DNA from: Basidiobolus meristosporus CBS 931.73
Lineage: Eukaryota; Fungi; Basidiobolomycota
DNA: 64,000 nucleotides
Direction of reading: 5' to 3'
Assembly: GCA_002104905.1 (NCBI GenBank)
Contig: MCFE01000010.1
Location: 1 to 64,000, forward strand
A program made the position numbers and the translations under genes. The number at the start of each line of letters is the position of its first letter. The stretch's first letter is position 1. Below the pieces are notes generated by a model, which saw only the letters and a list, made by a program, of their open reading frames with translations, searched no databases and was not told the origin of the DNA. Positions 13,467 to 25,158 of this stretch are shown here, piece by piece.

Positions 13467-13841
13467 AATTTAAAGACAAAAGTATATATTTACAGTCTTC
13501 AAAGGTCTCTGTATCTTTTGTGGATAAAGAAACAAATAACTTTCTATGTCGCGAAAAGGAGGGGTAGTTGTGACAAAATAAGAGAAAATTATTGAGTGAA
13601 CAAGACGAACACGAACTAACGTACGTTAGCTTCCCGTTTTGCATATGAGAAATCGATTATTTAGTGTATTTTTTTTCTGCAAAATTTGGTCACGTGCAAG
13701 GGCTCATGACGAGGGATCGCTGCGGGATTTGTTGTTTGGCATGATTTTGGCGGCAACCTTGTACTTCGCAGTGTGAATCAACATGAAATTTTTGAAACGC
13801 TTGGGAATTATGTTCAGGCGTTCGGATATCAATTATCTGCT

Positions 13842-14564
13842 ATGTCAGGACTTCGGAATTTTTACATCGTTACCACCGTAATCTTGATGTTTTCATGTTT
13901 TCCGAGTCGACACCAGAGCAGACTCCCTTCAGAATGTGTATTCTGCACGATAAGTGAGCATTCTGGAACGCGCATGGTGTATCAAGTTCGTATCCAAATT
14001 CCCCATCTTGGGAGTTCCGTCTCTTACCACAATTGTGACAGGATGAAGATGTGATTGCTTTCCATGACATTAGACCAGCCGCCAAAACTCACTTGCTAGT
14101 AGTTCCAACCAAACACATAGGTAATCCTTATGGTTTTCAAAGTGTCTTTTTCTAGACTAAGGGTCTACTTTAGAAACGGTGAAAGCACTTCAAGGGCATG
14201 ACTACACAACAGGTAGATATAAACTAGTTGAATTACAAGGAATAGGCCCTGAATATTTGAATGGTTTAGTCAAGAAAATGGAAGCCGTAGGTCGCCGTTT
14301 GCTTCGTGAACAAGGTTACACCGAAGAGAACACCAGGTAAGTTTTACATTGCTTTTCGGCGGCTGTTTGGTAGCTAATAGTATCGACCTCCTTCTCAGAC
14401 TTGGCTTCCACATACCTCCATTCAACTCTATTAATCATTTGCATCTACATTGCTTGGGCTTACCGTTCCGGAATTGGTGGATTGGGGGAAAATACTCGCA
14501 TAATACACCTTTGTGGTTTATTTCAGTTGAGAAAGTTTTGGAGAAACTGAGTGCGGATGCTTGA
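13842..14564 (+). CDS. HIT-family nucleotide-binding protein (HINT3-like), 5 exons
   Basis: Exons 13842-13985, 14042-14120, 14174-14212, 14270-14336, 14399-14564 splice in frame to give CVFC...AFHDIRPAAKTHLLVVPTKHI...LGFHIPPFNSINHLHLHC (HxHxH triad). Confidence 0.88.
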
Positions 14565-15695
14565 ATAGTATATTGCCAACTGTGGTTTACTAAAGTTTAA
14601 AAGAACCATGACAATTGTGGAGTAACATCGGCAACGATTCGCCCATAGTAACTGGGGTCTTGTCATTTTGGTTGAAAGTTTCTTTATTGAAAAATGTCAA
14701 TAATTCAATACTTTAAATTCCACCACATGGTCGATTGATTGAGCTGCACTATTCCAAACATTATAGCATTGAAGCAGATCTGATCCTGTGTGTTTAGTAC
14801 AAGATAGGTGTTGCACTTTTGAATGCACTTCTTGCGAAGAAAGAATCTGACAATCCACAATGGTTGGGTGTGATCTGACTTCTATAATTGTTTTGTATGA
14901 TTAATACGTACTTGGAGAATTGGAACACGTATAAATCCAGATGTATTTTCAATTACCGATCGTATGCGGATGGAATATTCTAAAAGGCGAGATATTACCT
15001 GAACAGGAATACCTTCAAATACGTTGATGCCAGCAACAAAGCTAATAATAGTGTGAATAGCAATATCAGTATTTGAAGGTTGACGAAGTCCGCTACCACA
15101 TGGCCTGTACCCTATCACGAAGTCATATATTAGTCAGTGTGGTGTTTTCCAAGATGTAGTACAACTAAATACCCACTCACGCAAAAACAGCAAGTGAGAG
15201 GGTACCATTCAATGCTAGTAGACTAACCAATGTCCAAGATATATTCCAGAGACTTTGTATTTTAGAATAGGAATAGCCGGAAATGAACCTAGAGACCCTT
15301 TACAATGGATATGCTTGCTATTTCGGCTGCTCCTTTAGAATTCACTAGGTACTCCTGTTATAGCTCGATACTACATGATGTATCTGCAACTTTGCATCTT
15401 TCACCTTCATACTTGAAGGGGACATGCTGTTTATTATAGACCTATTGGAAAAGATACGAATTGTAATTTTAAATTTAGCTTTCTGTCGATACCAATAGGT
15501 TTCAAGTCTAAAGTGGGTGGTTCCTATAGCTCTTGCCAAAACTGGATTGATACCTACTACAGTGGCTACCTTGAAACAAAGACAAAGAGCATCCTATGTA
15601 AAACATAAAGACCGTTTCGGTATATAAATACGTTAATACATGCATTAAATGTTCAACCTCATATGTCCTCCTATTAGATATTTGTCCAGTTAGCT

Positions 15696-17177
15696 ATGTG
15701 TATCTTGAATAACAGATTATTCAGAGCATCTACCATAGCCTTTATAGCGGTAGGTCTTCTCTGTCTGGTAATCATTACCCCTATCGTTCAACACTATAAG
15801 GATCACCATCACGGTAATGATCACAATGAAGCAGCCTCTGGAGCATTGAAACAGCACGGTATTATCAACACTAGCGCTAACAAAAGCTCAACCGCAAAAA
15901 CGACAAGCCATTCACACACATCAACAACTTCCTCAGCCTCTCCCTCGCCTACACTCTCCAAATGGGTAGATCCCGACACTCCACAGCAGTTCAGAACTAA
16001 GATGGCCGGTGGTCAGAACTTCACCTTGGTGTTCTCCGATGAGTTCAACACCCCGGGACGTAAATTCGCTGAGGGCGAAGATCCCAAGTGGACTGCCGTG
16101 GATCTCTGGTATTGGTCAACTGGAAACATGGAATGGTTGAGCCCAGATGCTGTGACCACCTTTGATGGAAGCATGAAGATCCAAATGACCAAGCAAGAAA
16201 TCAACGGCCATCAATACAGAAGTGGTATGGTTCAGAGTTGGAACAAGTTCTGCTTCACTGGTGGTATTATCGAGGTGAATGTCTCGCTTCCTGGCAGAGG
16301 CGATATTCCAGGATTCTGGCCAGCTGTGTGGACTATGGGTAACTTGGGAAGAGCCGGATATGGGGCCACCACCGATGGCACCTGGCCATATACCTATGAT
16401 ACATGTGACAGTGCCGTGGGTGTGAACCAAAGTCTGCCGTATCCTTTGTCCAGACAACCAGGTCAGAGGCTAAACAAGTGTGTCTGTCCCGGTGAAGATC
16501 ATCCCAACCCAGGAACCGGTCGTGGAGCCCCGGAGATTGATGTCTTCGAGGCAGCCGGTGTTCTTAACAAGAACGGCGTTGTGTCACTCTCTGATCAGAT
16601 CGCTCCCTTCGACTACAAGTACAAAGCAAACGAAGAATTTATGTATCTGTATGGTAAAGAGACCACACATAACGGTTATTTGGGAGGCATTTGCCAGCAG
16701 TGCGTTTCTGCTGTCAACCCTGTCCCTGCGGATGCTTACGAAGGCAAAGCATTCCAAACCTACTCGTTCGAATATGTACCTGGACCTGATGGTTACATCA
16801 TCTGGAGAATCAATGGCCAAGATATCTGGAGACTGGACGCTGCAGCAATTGGACCTGATGCACGCTCGGAGGTTGCTCAAAGACTTATCAGTGCTGAGCC
16901 AATGTACATCATCATGAACTTCGGTATGTCCCATTCTTGGGGCTGGTTCGAATTGGACAAGGTTCCATTCCCAAGCACCATGTGGATTGATTACATTCGT
17001 GTTTATCAACGTCCTGATAAGATCAGCGTTACTTGCGATCCCCCAGGTTATCCCACCACCCAGTATATCAAAGATCACATAAATGCGTATAACGATACAT
17101 CACTTAGGTTCTGGAAAGACGCTGTCTATGAATTCCCGAAGTATAATCTCGATGGCCATTGTCCTGATGTTAAATAA
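15696..17177 (+). CDS. KRE6/SKN1-like GH16 beta-glucan synthesis-associated protein, copy 1
   Basis: N-terminal TM anchor, Ser/Thr stalk, then LVFSDEF, SGMVQSWNKFCFTGG, WPAVWTMGNLGRAGY, GRGAPEIDVFEA (ExDxxE catalytic motif), EPMYIIMN, IDYIRVYQ. Confidence 0.92.
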   Translation: MCILNNRLFRASTIAFIAVGLLCLVIITPIVQHYKDHHHGNDHNEAASGALKQHGIINTSANKSSTAKTTSHSHTSTTSSASPSPTLSKWVDPDTPQQFRTKMAGGQNFTLVFSDEFNTPGRKFAEGEDPKWTAVDLWYWSTGNMEWLSPDAVTTFDGSMKIQMTKQEINGHQYRSGMVQSWNKFCFTGGIIEVNVSLPGRGDIPGFWPAVWTMGNLGRAGYGATTDGTWPYTYDTCDSAVGVNQSLPYPLSRQPGQRLNKCVCPGEDHPNPGTGRGAPEIDVFEAAGVLNKNGVVSLSDQIAPFDYKYKANEEFMYLYGKETTHNGYLGGICQQCVSAVNPVPADAYEGKAFQTYSFEYVPGPDGYIIWRINGQDIWRLDAAAIGPDARSEVAQRLISAEPMYIIMNFGMSHSWGWFELDKVPFPSTMWIDYIRVYQRPDKISVTCDPPGYPTTQYIKDHINAYNDTSLRFWKDAVYEFPKYNLDGHCPDVK

Positions 17178-19962
17178 TGGCCATCTTTTCATCGGCATTA
17201 CCTCATAAGACACACATCAACCCCACTAATACATGTAGCTACAATTAACCCATGCAAGTCATGATCATCGTATGTTTCGATGTATATATTAGTACCAGTC
17301 CCAATAAATGTAATGCCAGAACTGAAAATCTATTACTAAATGCCCATGACTCAATAAGATGAGGATACATACAGCTTGCAATATCCGAGTCACGTGTTTT
17401 CCCGTGACTAAACAGTATATATCAAAATGAACTTGTTCAATATGCGCAAAATGTGAATGTTTTGTCTTTACCACCATATTATTGACAACCGCGCTTTGTT
17501 CCGATAGACCCAAGACCAAAAGTACCCAGCGCCTACAATGCATATTTCATACAACTGACGAGAATTCGGCGTCCAAGTTGGTTATGAAGTCTGTATACAG
17601 CTTTGGTATATTGGAATCACCCCTCACTCTTGAGATTTGTGTTAGTATGAAGACGTGATTCCTTTTACGGCAGCAGGCATTCTGTCAGGATTCGTTTACT
17701 TGTTATTCCTGTTAGTCATAGAGGTGAATTTAAGTTGTTGGAGACTTGTGAATTAAGCGCACTTTGCTACTCGGTAAAAAAGTGCTTAAATAGTCTAAAA
17801 ATTTGGGTAAATGAGAAAATTATCGCAAAAGGGCTGTTGTGCGTTGAGCTGATAGAAAGGATCGAAGCGATTTCGGGTATCCCCTACTGCGGGGATGGTG
17901 TTTCTCTGAAGAAGATATAGGGCAGGCGGGACATTTTCCTGGTATTCACAAGGTAAGTGCTAGGCATAGATTCTACAAACTACCGTTTGCTTTTGTCAAG
18001 CACCCACAGCTGCATTCCTTGGGCTCCAAAATTAGTGGGTTTGTGGACTACACTAAGAGTATTTACCATGGCGGTGTGTCTATCAAAAATATTTTGGAGG
18101 GAACGAAGCCATAAGCACAGTATTTATTACTCATATATATAGAACCAAGTGTAAACAAAGAATTTCACTATATACACATATCGCACATATCATGTATATA
18201 TCATTGATTTTCGATATTTGAATCTCCAATCTAGCACCTCGCTCATCCTCGCCTCCAGCTCTGGGGGAGATACCAGCCAAAGTGAACATATCCCGTTTCA
18301 CCATATGGTATATCTACTGTTATGCACACCTCAAAAGAGGAATTATTTGAGTACAAGCGTATGAATGCAACTGAAAGATTATATGACAAACGTTGCTAAA
18401 ATAGGAGCAAGACTTGAGGAGACATTGTTTTCAGTTACCAAAAGGAAAATACAGGGGCTTCAGTATATACAAACGGCCAAACCTACTTTTTTATGCCTTA
18501 CGGTTTGTGGTGCCGCCATTATATTGGTGCGCCGGACTTTTTGAAATATTAAGCTTCAGAATTAACGTTATCTGAACAATTATAACGCTCTCGTAAAGAT
18601 TAATGGAAATGCCCATAAGCCTTTGTTTTGCAAAACGGAACCACACTGCACCTTCCGCTTAATCATAGTAAATATGTAGAGCTATATGTAGAATTTAATA
18701 ATCAAAGTTGGACCTAAGCAGTTTAATGCTGAATCTAGATGACATTGCTGAACCTGCATCGAAGATGATTATTCCTTTCGATCCTATATTACAGAGCTTA
18801 CATACACGATTATTACCTTCAAATCTACCCATTTGAGTACTTTTTGTTCCAGAAACTGCACGTTATTCACCAATAATGTAGAAGTTCTGGCGCAATTCGG
18901 CACTTTATTGCATTCATAAACAAACACCTTTGAATTCGAAAAAGCTAGCCTGAGCAGGGTCCCCGGTGCTCTGATGACCTCTATCAATGATTAGACATGT
19001 TCATCAAATGCTTGTAGATATTGGACAAAGCTAGGGCAATTGTTAACAGTAATATGATTATTGGAAAGTCGGGGTAGCTTGAAGACTCTTAAAATCATAT
19101 AAAATTAGAGCACTGGGCGACGTTTAAAGCATATCAGACAGGCCAACATCTAGTTTCATTGACATGCTATCAACAAAGCAAGGCAACGAATTTCTGGAGG
19201 TATGGATTGCCATTTTTGGAATACCCAATATCTCGGATCACCTGTAAATAGGTAGCCAATCATCAAACGTAACATGATAGATCTATGTTTACAATTGCAA
19301 TATATGGAGAAGTAAGGAAATGTATGGAAAAGGGAATCAGTAAAGTAGAATTCCCGTATCCATTGAATAGACCTGTAGGAGCGCGGTGGAACATTTCCTA
19401 GAATTACGATGGTTTTGGAGAAATATTGGACCAGATTAGGAACTTAACAAGTGTGGTAAATACAAGAAGGATGGTGGAAATGAGCAAAAATGTATAGATC
19501 ACGTCTGGTGTGCGCAATTCAGGAAGGTAGTTGCGAGTGTGGATATATCCATATATGTCAAGGCTATTTTCAGATCTGTGATGTGACTTGATTAGCACCT
19601 CAAACGAGCTGGCTTACTGGCGGGTCCTCTTGCCATGCCATGAGTAGTATAGGTCCCAGCTGTTGTTAAGCATGCATACACTCTCACCAGATTTAAAGAT
19701 AAGCAACCTCAATTTAAATTTAGCTTCTGACGAAGTCCAATAGAATTTGACCATAGCGATAACAAACCAAACTAGCGATTGTAGTTTGTGATAAACAAAT
19801 AGCAAATGGTTGTATCTGTTGAGTCCTCCCAATTTTGGCCGTTGTCTTCGGTTTGAGAGTATCGAGCCAAGGGCCTTTCTTACCAATTAAGACACCCTAT
19901 TAGTATAAAAGAAAGTCCTCAGACCTACTTCTCCCTCACCATCGCAAGAATCTTCCTTCGCC

Positions 19963-21486
19963 ATGGGTTTTGCACAGAATCGTTTATTCAGGACATCTGC
20001 CATAGTCTTTGTTGTGGTAGGCCTTCTCTGTCTGGTGATCATTACCCCTATTGTTCAACATAATAAGGGTAAGCACCACAATGGTAATAACTATGATGAA
20101 GCTGCCTCAATGGAGCTTAAAAAGCATAGTACGGCTAGTTCCAGCCACTCATTGACATCCTCGGCTACATCTAAATCTGTATCTACCACTAAATCCTCAT
20201 CCACTACTACCACTACCTCCACTACAACTTCTTCAGCCTCTCCTTCGCCTACACTCTCCAAATGGGTAGATCCCGACACTCCACAGCAGTTCAGAACTAA
20301 GATGGCCGGTGGTCAGAACTTCACCTTGGTGTTCTCCGATGAGTTCAACACCCCGGGACGTAAATTCGCTGAGGGCGAAGATCCCAAGTGGACTGCCGTG
20401 GATCTCTGGTACTGGCCAACTGGCAACCTGGAATGGTTGAGCCCAGATGCTGTGACCACCTCTGATGGAAGCATGAAGATCCAAATGACTCAACAAGAAA
20501 TCAATGGTAGACAGTACAGAAGTGGTATGGTTCAGAGTTGGAACAAGTTCTGCTTCACTGGTGGTATTATCGAGGTGAATGTCTCGCTTCCTGGCAGAGG
20601 CGATATTCCAGGATTCTGGCCAGCTGTGTGGACTATGGGTAACTTGGGAAGAGCCGGATATGGGGCCACCACCGATGGCACCTGGCCATATACCTATGAT
20701 ACATGTGACAGTGCCGTGGGTGTGAACCAAAGCTTGCCATATCCCTTATCTCAACAGCCAGGTCAGAAGCTGAACAAGTGTGTCTGTCCCGGTGAAGATC
20801 ATCCCAACCCAGGAACCGGTCGTGGAGCCCCGGAGATTGATGTCTTCGAGGCAGCCGGTGTTCTTAACAAGAACGGCGTTGTGTCACTCTCTGATCAGAT
20901 CGCTCCCTTCGACTACAAGTACAAAGCAAACGAAGAATTTATGTATCTGTATGGTAAAGAGACCACGCATAACGGTTATTTGGGAGGCATTTACCAGCAG
21001 TGCGTTTCTGCTGTCAACCCTGTCCCTGCGGATGCTTACGAAGGCAAAGCATTCCAAACCTACTCGTTCGAATATGTACCTGGACCTGATGGTTACATCA
21101 TCTGGAGAATCAATGGCCAAGATATCTGGAGACTGGACGCTGCAGCAATTGGACCTGATGCACGCTCGGAGGTTGCTCAAAGACTTATCAGTGCTGAGCC
21201 AATGTACATCATCATGAACTTCGGTATGTCTCATTCTTGGGGCTGGTTCGAATTGGACAAGGTTCCATTCCCAAGCACCATGTGGATTGATTACATTCGT
21301 GTTTATCAACGCCCTGATAAGATCAGCGTTACTTGCGATCCCCCAGGTTATCCCACCACCCAATATATCAAGGATCATATGAATGCTTACAACAACACAG
21401 CATTCAGATTCTGGAAGGATGCTGGTTACGAATACCCCAAGTATAATTCTGATGGTCGTTGCCCTGCTACAGCCAACGCATTATAG
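19963..21486 (+). CDS. KRE6/SKN1-like GH16 protein, copy 2
   Basis: Same motifs as copy 1 with EIDVFE intact. Longer Ser/Thr stalk. Aligns to copy 1 at a constant 4300-nt offset over the catalytic domain. Confidence 0.92.
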   Translation: MGFAQNRLFRTSAIVFVVVGLLCLVIITPIVQHNKGKHHNGNNYDEAASMELKKHSTASSSHSLTSSATSKSVSTTKSSSTTTTTSTTTSSASPSPTLSKWVDPDTPQQFRTKMAGGQNFTLVFSDEFNTPGRKFAEGEDPKWTAVDLWYWPTGNLEWLSPDAVTTSDGSMKIQMTQQEINGRQYRSGMVQSWNKFCFTGGIIEVNVSLPGRGDIPGFWPAVWTMGNLGRAGYGATTDGTWPYTYDTCDSAVGVNQSLPYPLSQQPGQKLNKCVCPGEDHPNPGTGRGAPEIDVFEAAGVLNKNGVVSLSDQIAPFDYKYKANEEFMYLYGKETTHNGYLGGIYQQCVSAVNPVPADAYEGKAFQTYSFEYVPGPDGYIIWRINGQDIWRLDAAAIGPDARSEVAQRLISAEPMYIIMNFGMSHSWGWFELDKVPFPSTMWIDYIRVYQRPDKISVTCDPPGYPTTQYIKDHMNAYNNTAFRFWKDAGYEYPKYNSDGRCPATANAL

Positions 21487-22991
21487 GGATTCTCTTTCGC
21501 CACATTGTAAACATATCACCAATCTATTTATACGCTCATCTATATCTCCTTGAACACTCCATGTATCCTTAATCGAGGCTCTATTGACTAAGTCATAACA
21601 TTGAATAAAATTGGATGAATCACGCGAAGCCGTATTCATCACCCAGAAAATCTTTTCCTCTTGACATTAGCCAATCAAGAATGTTGTGATAGCAATATGC
21701 TATTTGCAACATTGTAACGGAGAGTGTTTTGAATCAAACATTCCGATACATCATTTAATTACTCCAGAATGAAGGGATTCCTGGAGAGAGCGGGTGGGGT
21801 GGTGTTTTAGCTAACAGAGAACAAATGCTCGAAACTAGCTTTAGTTATCAAAAGTTGAATTGCAAGCCATGTAGCTGAGAAACTATAGCCAAAAGGTAGT
21901 AGAAAAAAATAATTAATGGAATACTATCGATTTAACTGCATGATTTGATCACCGATTAATCGATTCCAGGCACCACTAAGCTCAGATCATCGTTGTATTC
22001 ATCGAATTGATATTTATCGTACATACTAACCGTTTGCGGTGCATCGCGTGAAGTGTGCCCACACTTGTCTATATCTGGTCGGAGGATCTGTAGAGGACGA
22101 TAGTTTATTGTATCACTAGCACTGACAGTGTTGGAATATGTCAAGGGCATTGAAACTTTATCCTGTTTACATACCCGTATGGTAAGGCGAAAATCTCACA
22201 AACACAGTGGATGTGCCTCGACTATAGTCATCTTCCCATAAAGCAAGAGTAGATAATGACAATTGAGGAGACACCGAAACAATTCATTCTCCTAGTGGCA
22301 TATCAGAGTAAGCAATGTCAAACATGAACACCCTTGGCTCCTACCCGCAGTGTCAACAGTCTACTAGACAAGTCTGACATTTTGGATGGTCCTGTGATGT
22401 GACTTAAAATAGGCAGCCAATCAATGGATGACAATGACAAGCCATGTGTTTATACTATCAATTTATGGCCAAACATCAAGTTGTTAGAGCAGAGATCATT
22501 TGGTCGTGATAGACCTGTAAAAATACGGTAGAACATCCCCAAGAAATCGCGTCAGTTTTGGTACTAATCTAGCCTGGACAAAGGATTTCCCAAGACTGGC
22601 AAACGCAAAAATGCTGGGAGCAAGTCCTGTCAATTCAGGAAAATATTTGGAAGTGGGGATCTATCCTTATTAGCGGAGACCGTCCTTGGTTCTCGGAAAA
22701 GGTGAACTGGACTTGTCATTGCGATATGCGTACTCACGGACAATACCTTACCAGACGCTTCGTCTATATATATAATTGGCAACCCATCTAAACCAATAAC
22801 ACTCTTGTCCAGAGATAGTAGATAAACCCGGCGATCAGGCTTATGGTAAACAATTGGCTAGTTGTCATTTCGACCTTTGTCGCTTTGAGACAAGTATGGC
22901 TTTTCGTACAAAACTGACAAAACCTATAAAAGCCTCGGTTGACGCACCTACGGTTCCACAATCGACACCTTTCATTTTCAGACATCCTATT

Positions 22992-24455
22992 ATGGGTATA
23001 GCACATAATCGGCTTTTCAGGACATCTGCCATAGCTTTTGTTGTGGTAGGTATTCTATGCCTAGTGATTATCACTCCAATTGTCCATCACCACAAAAAAC
23101 ACGAGTATCATCGTAACAATTATAACGAGGCCCTGGCTCCTTTAAACCAAACCAACTCGAACACAGCCATCGAAAACCCCTCACCCTTGATTACCACTGC
23201 TACCGCTGCCTCTGTAGCCACCCCTACACACATCTCAAAATGGATCGATTCTGACACCCCACAGGAGGTCAGGAACAAGGTAGCTGGCGGTCAAAACTTC
23301 ACCTTGGTGTTCTCCGATGAGTTCAACACCCCGGGACGTAAATTCGCTGAGGGCGAAGATCCCAAGTGGACTGCCGTGGATCTCTGGTATTGGTCAACTG
23401 GAAACATGGAATGGTTGAGCCCAGATGCTGTGACCACCTCTGATGGAAGCATGAAGATCCAAATGACCAAGCAAGAAATCAACGGCCATCAATACAGAAG
23501 TGGCATGGTTCAGAGTTGGAACAAGTTCTGCTTCACTGGTGGTATTATCGAGGTGAATGTCTCGCTTCCTGGCAGAGGTGATATTCCAGGATTCTGGCCA
23601 GCTGTGTGGACTATGGGTAACTTGGGAAGAGCCGGATATGGGGCCACCACCGATGGCACCTGGCCATATACCTATGATACATGTGACAGTGCCGTGGGGG
23701 CCAACCAAAGTCTGCCGTATCCTTTGTCCAGACAGCCAGGTCAGAGGCTAAACAAGTGTGTCTGTCCCGGTGAAGATCATCCCAACCCAGGAACCGGTCG
23801 TGGTGCCCCTGAGATTGATGTGTTTGAAGCGGCTGGTATTGACAACAAGAACGGGGTCGTAACACTATCCGACCAAGTCGCTCCTTTCGACTTTGATTAC
23901 ACTGCTAATGCAGAATACATCTCTATCTATGGTAAAGATACAACCAGAAATTCTTATACAGGAGGCGTATATCAGCAATGCGTTTCCGCTGTCAATACGG
24001 TTCCCCTGGACGCTTATGAAGGCAAAGCATTCCAAACCTACTCGTTCGAATATGTGCCTGGGCCTGAGGGATATATTATCTGGAGAATCAACGATCAAGA
24101 TATCTGGAGACTGGATGCGGCAGCAATTGGGCCAGATGCGCGTTCCGAGGTTGCCCAAAGACTTATCAGTGCTGAGCCTATGTCTATTATCATGAACTTG
24201 GGTATGTCCTCAAGCTTCGGATGGGTAGACTTGGAGCAGCTACCATTCCCAAGCACCATGTGGATTGATTATGTTCGTGTTTACCAACTGCCAGACAAGA
24301 TCAGCGTAACCTGTGATCCCCCAGGCTATCCCACCACCCAGTATATCAAGGATCATATGAACGCTTACAATAACACAGCATTCAGATACTGGAAGGATGC
24401 CGGATACGAGTTCCCCAAGTATAACGTTGATGGCAGCTGCCCTAGCTCTATCTAA
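22992..24455 (+). CDS. KRE6/SKN1-like GH16 protein, copy 3
   Basis: ATG at 22992 gives MGIAHNRLFRTSAIAF, homologous to the starts of copies 1 and 2 (the track's upstream TTG start is rejected). A probable 5'UTR intron ends at ttttcag (22981). EIDVFE intact. Confidence 0.92.
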   Translation: MGIAHNRLFRTSAIAFVVVGILCLVIITPIVHHHKKHEYHRNNYNEALAPLNQTNSNTAIENPSPLITTATAASVATPTHISKWIDSDTPQEVRNKVAGGQNFTLVFSDEFNTPGRKFAEGEDPKWTAVDLWYWSTGNMEWLSPDAVTTSDGSMKIQMTKQEINGHQYRSGMVQSWNKFCFTGGIIEVNVSLPGRGDIPGFWPAVWTMGNLGRAGYGATTDGTWPYTYDTCDSAVGANQSLPYPLSRQPGQRLNKCVCPGEDHPNPGTGRGAPEIDVFEAAGIDNKNGVVTLSDQVAPFDFDYTANAEYISIYGKDTTRNSYTGGVYQQCVSAVNTVPLDAYEGKAFQTYSFEYVPGPEGYIIWRINDQDIWRLDAAAIGPDARSEVAQRLISAEPMSIIMNLGMSSSFGWVDLEQLPFPSTMWIDYVRVYQLPDKISVTCDPPGYPTTQYIKDHMNAYNNTAFRYWKDAGYEFPKYNVDGSCPSSI

Positions 24456-25158
24456 GAGTGTCTCTGGCACATTGTAAACATATATCCGGTTTCTTAGTTA
24501 CATACTTTATGAATCCCTACACTTAACTTGTATACCCACGTACCCACGCCTCATATACCCTCCATGGATGATCCTACCAAACAGAACCAATCCGTGGCAA
24601 TCACATATACTCTCTTAGACGTTTATTAAAGCATTTAATTTGTTCAGTTATCTAATCTAACCTCCCAAATAACCCGAATGGTCCAGAAATAGACATAATA
24701 CACATCAAATGGTGAACGGCGAACTCCTGCATTCACGGTGTATCTAAAAGATCAACATCGGGAGGATAAATAATGCGATAAATTATGCGATAAATCACAG
24801 GATCGCACCTGATCTCAGTATATTTCTCGGAAGAAGCCCGAGATTATCAGGCTCAATACGATCATTTCAAATCTCAGCAAGAATTATGATCTCTCGAGGG
24901 TTGGCAAAGAGATCCCAACCAATCATCCAACCATGGTTGGCCATGGTGTAGAATCATGGTGTCGGGCGATTTTTTTTTTCATTTTTTTTTCACCGATTTT
25001 TTTCTTTTGGAGGGAAAAGATTGGGTGTTGGGGGGAGTAAAATTTTGTGCTTATAAGCCAGTGCAGGTGGGAATAGAGACTTTACCCTTGGTTCGTTTAC
25101 GAGTACCAGTGTCTTCTTAAGAAGTTTTTTCTTTCCTATCAATTCCTTTATATCAACC

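Noticed and set aside
17300-19900. AT-rich spacers around the KRE6 copies (also 14600-15650 and 1900-3300) with stop-interrupted coding-like stretches
   Set aside because: No transposase, RT or enzyme motif set could be established by eye. They may be decayed elements but cannot be called without a translated search.
21956-22150. 64-aa minus-strand ORF between KRE6 copies 2 and 3
   Set aside because: No signal peptide, motif or splice partner found; its length is within chance expectation.
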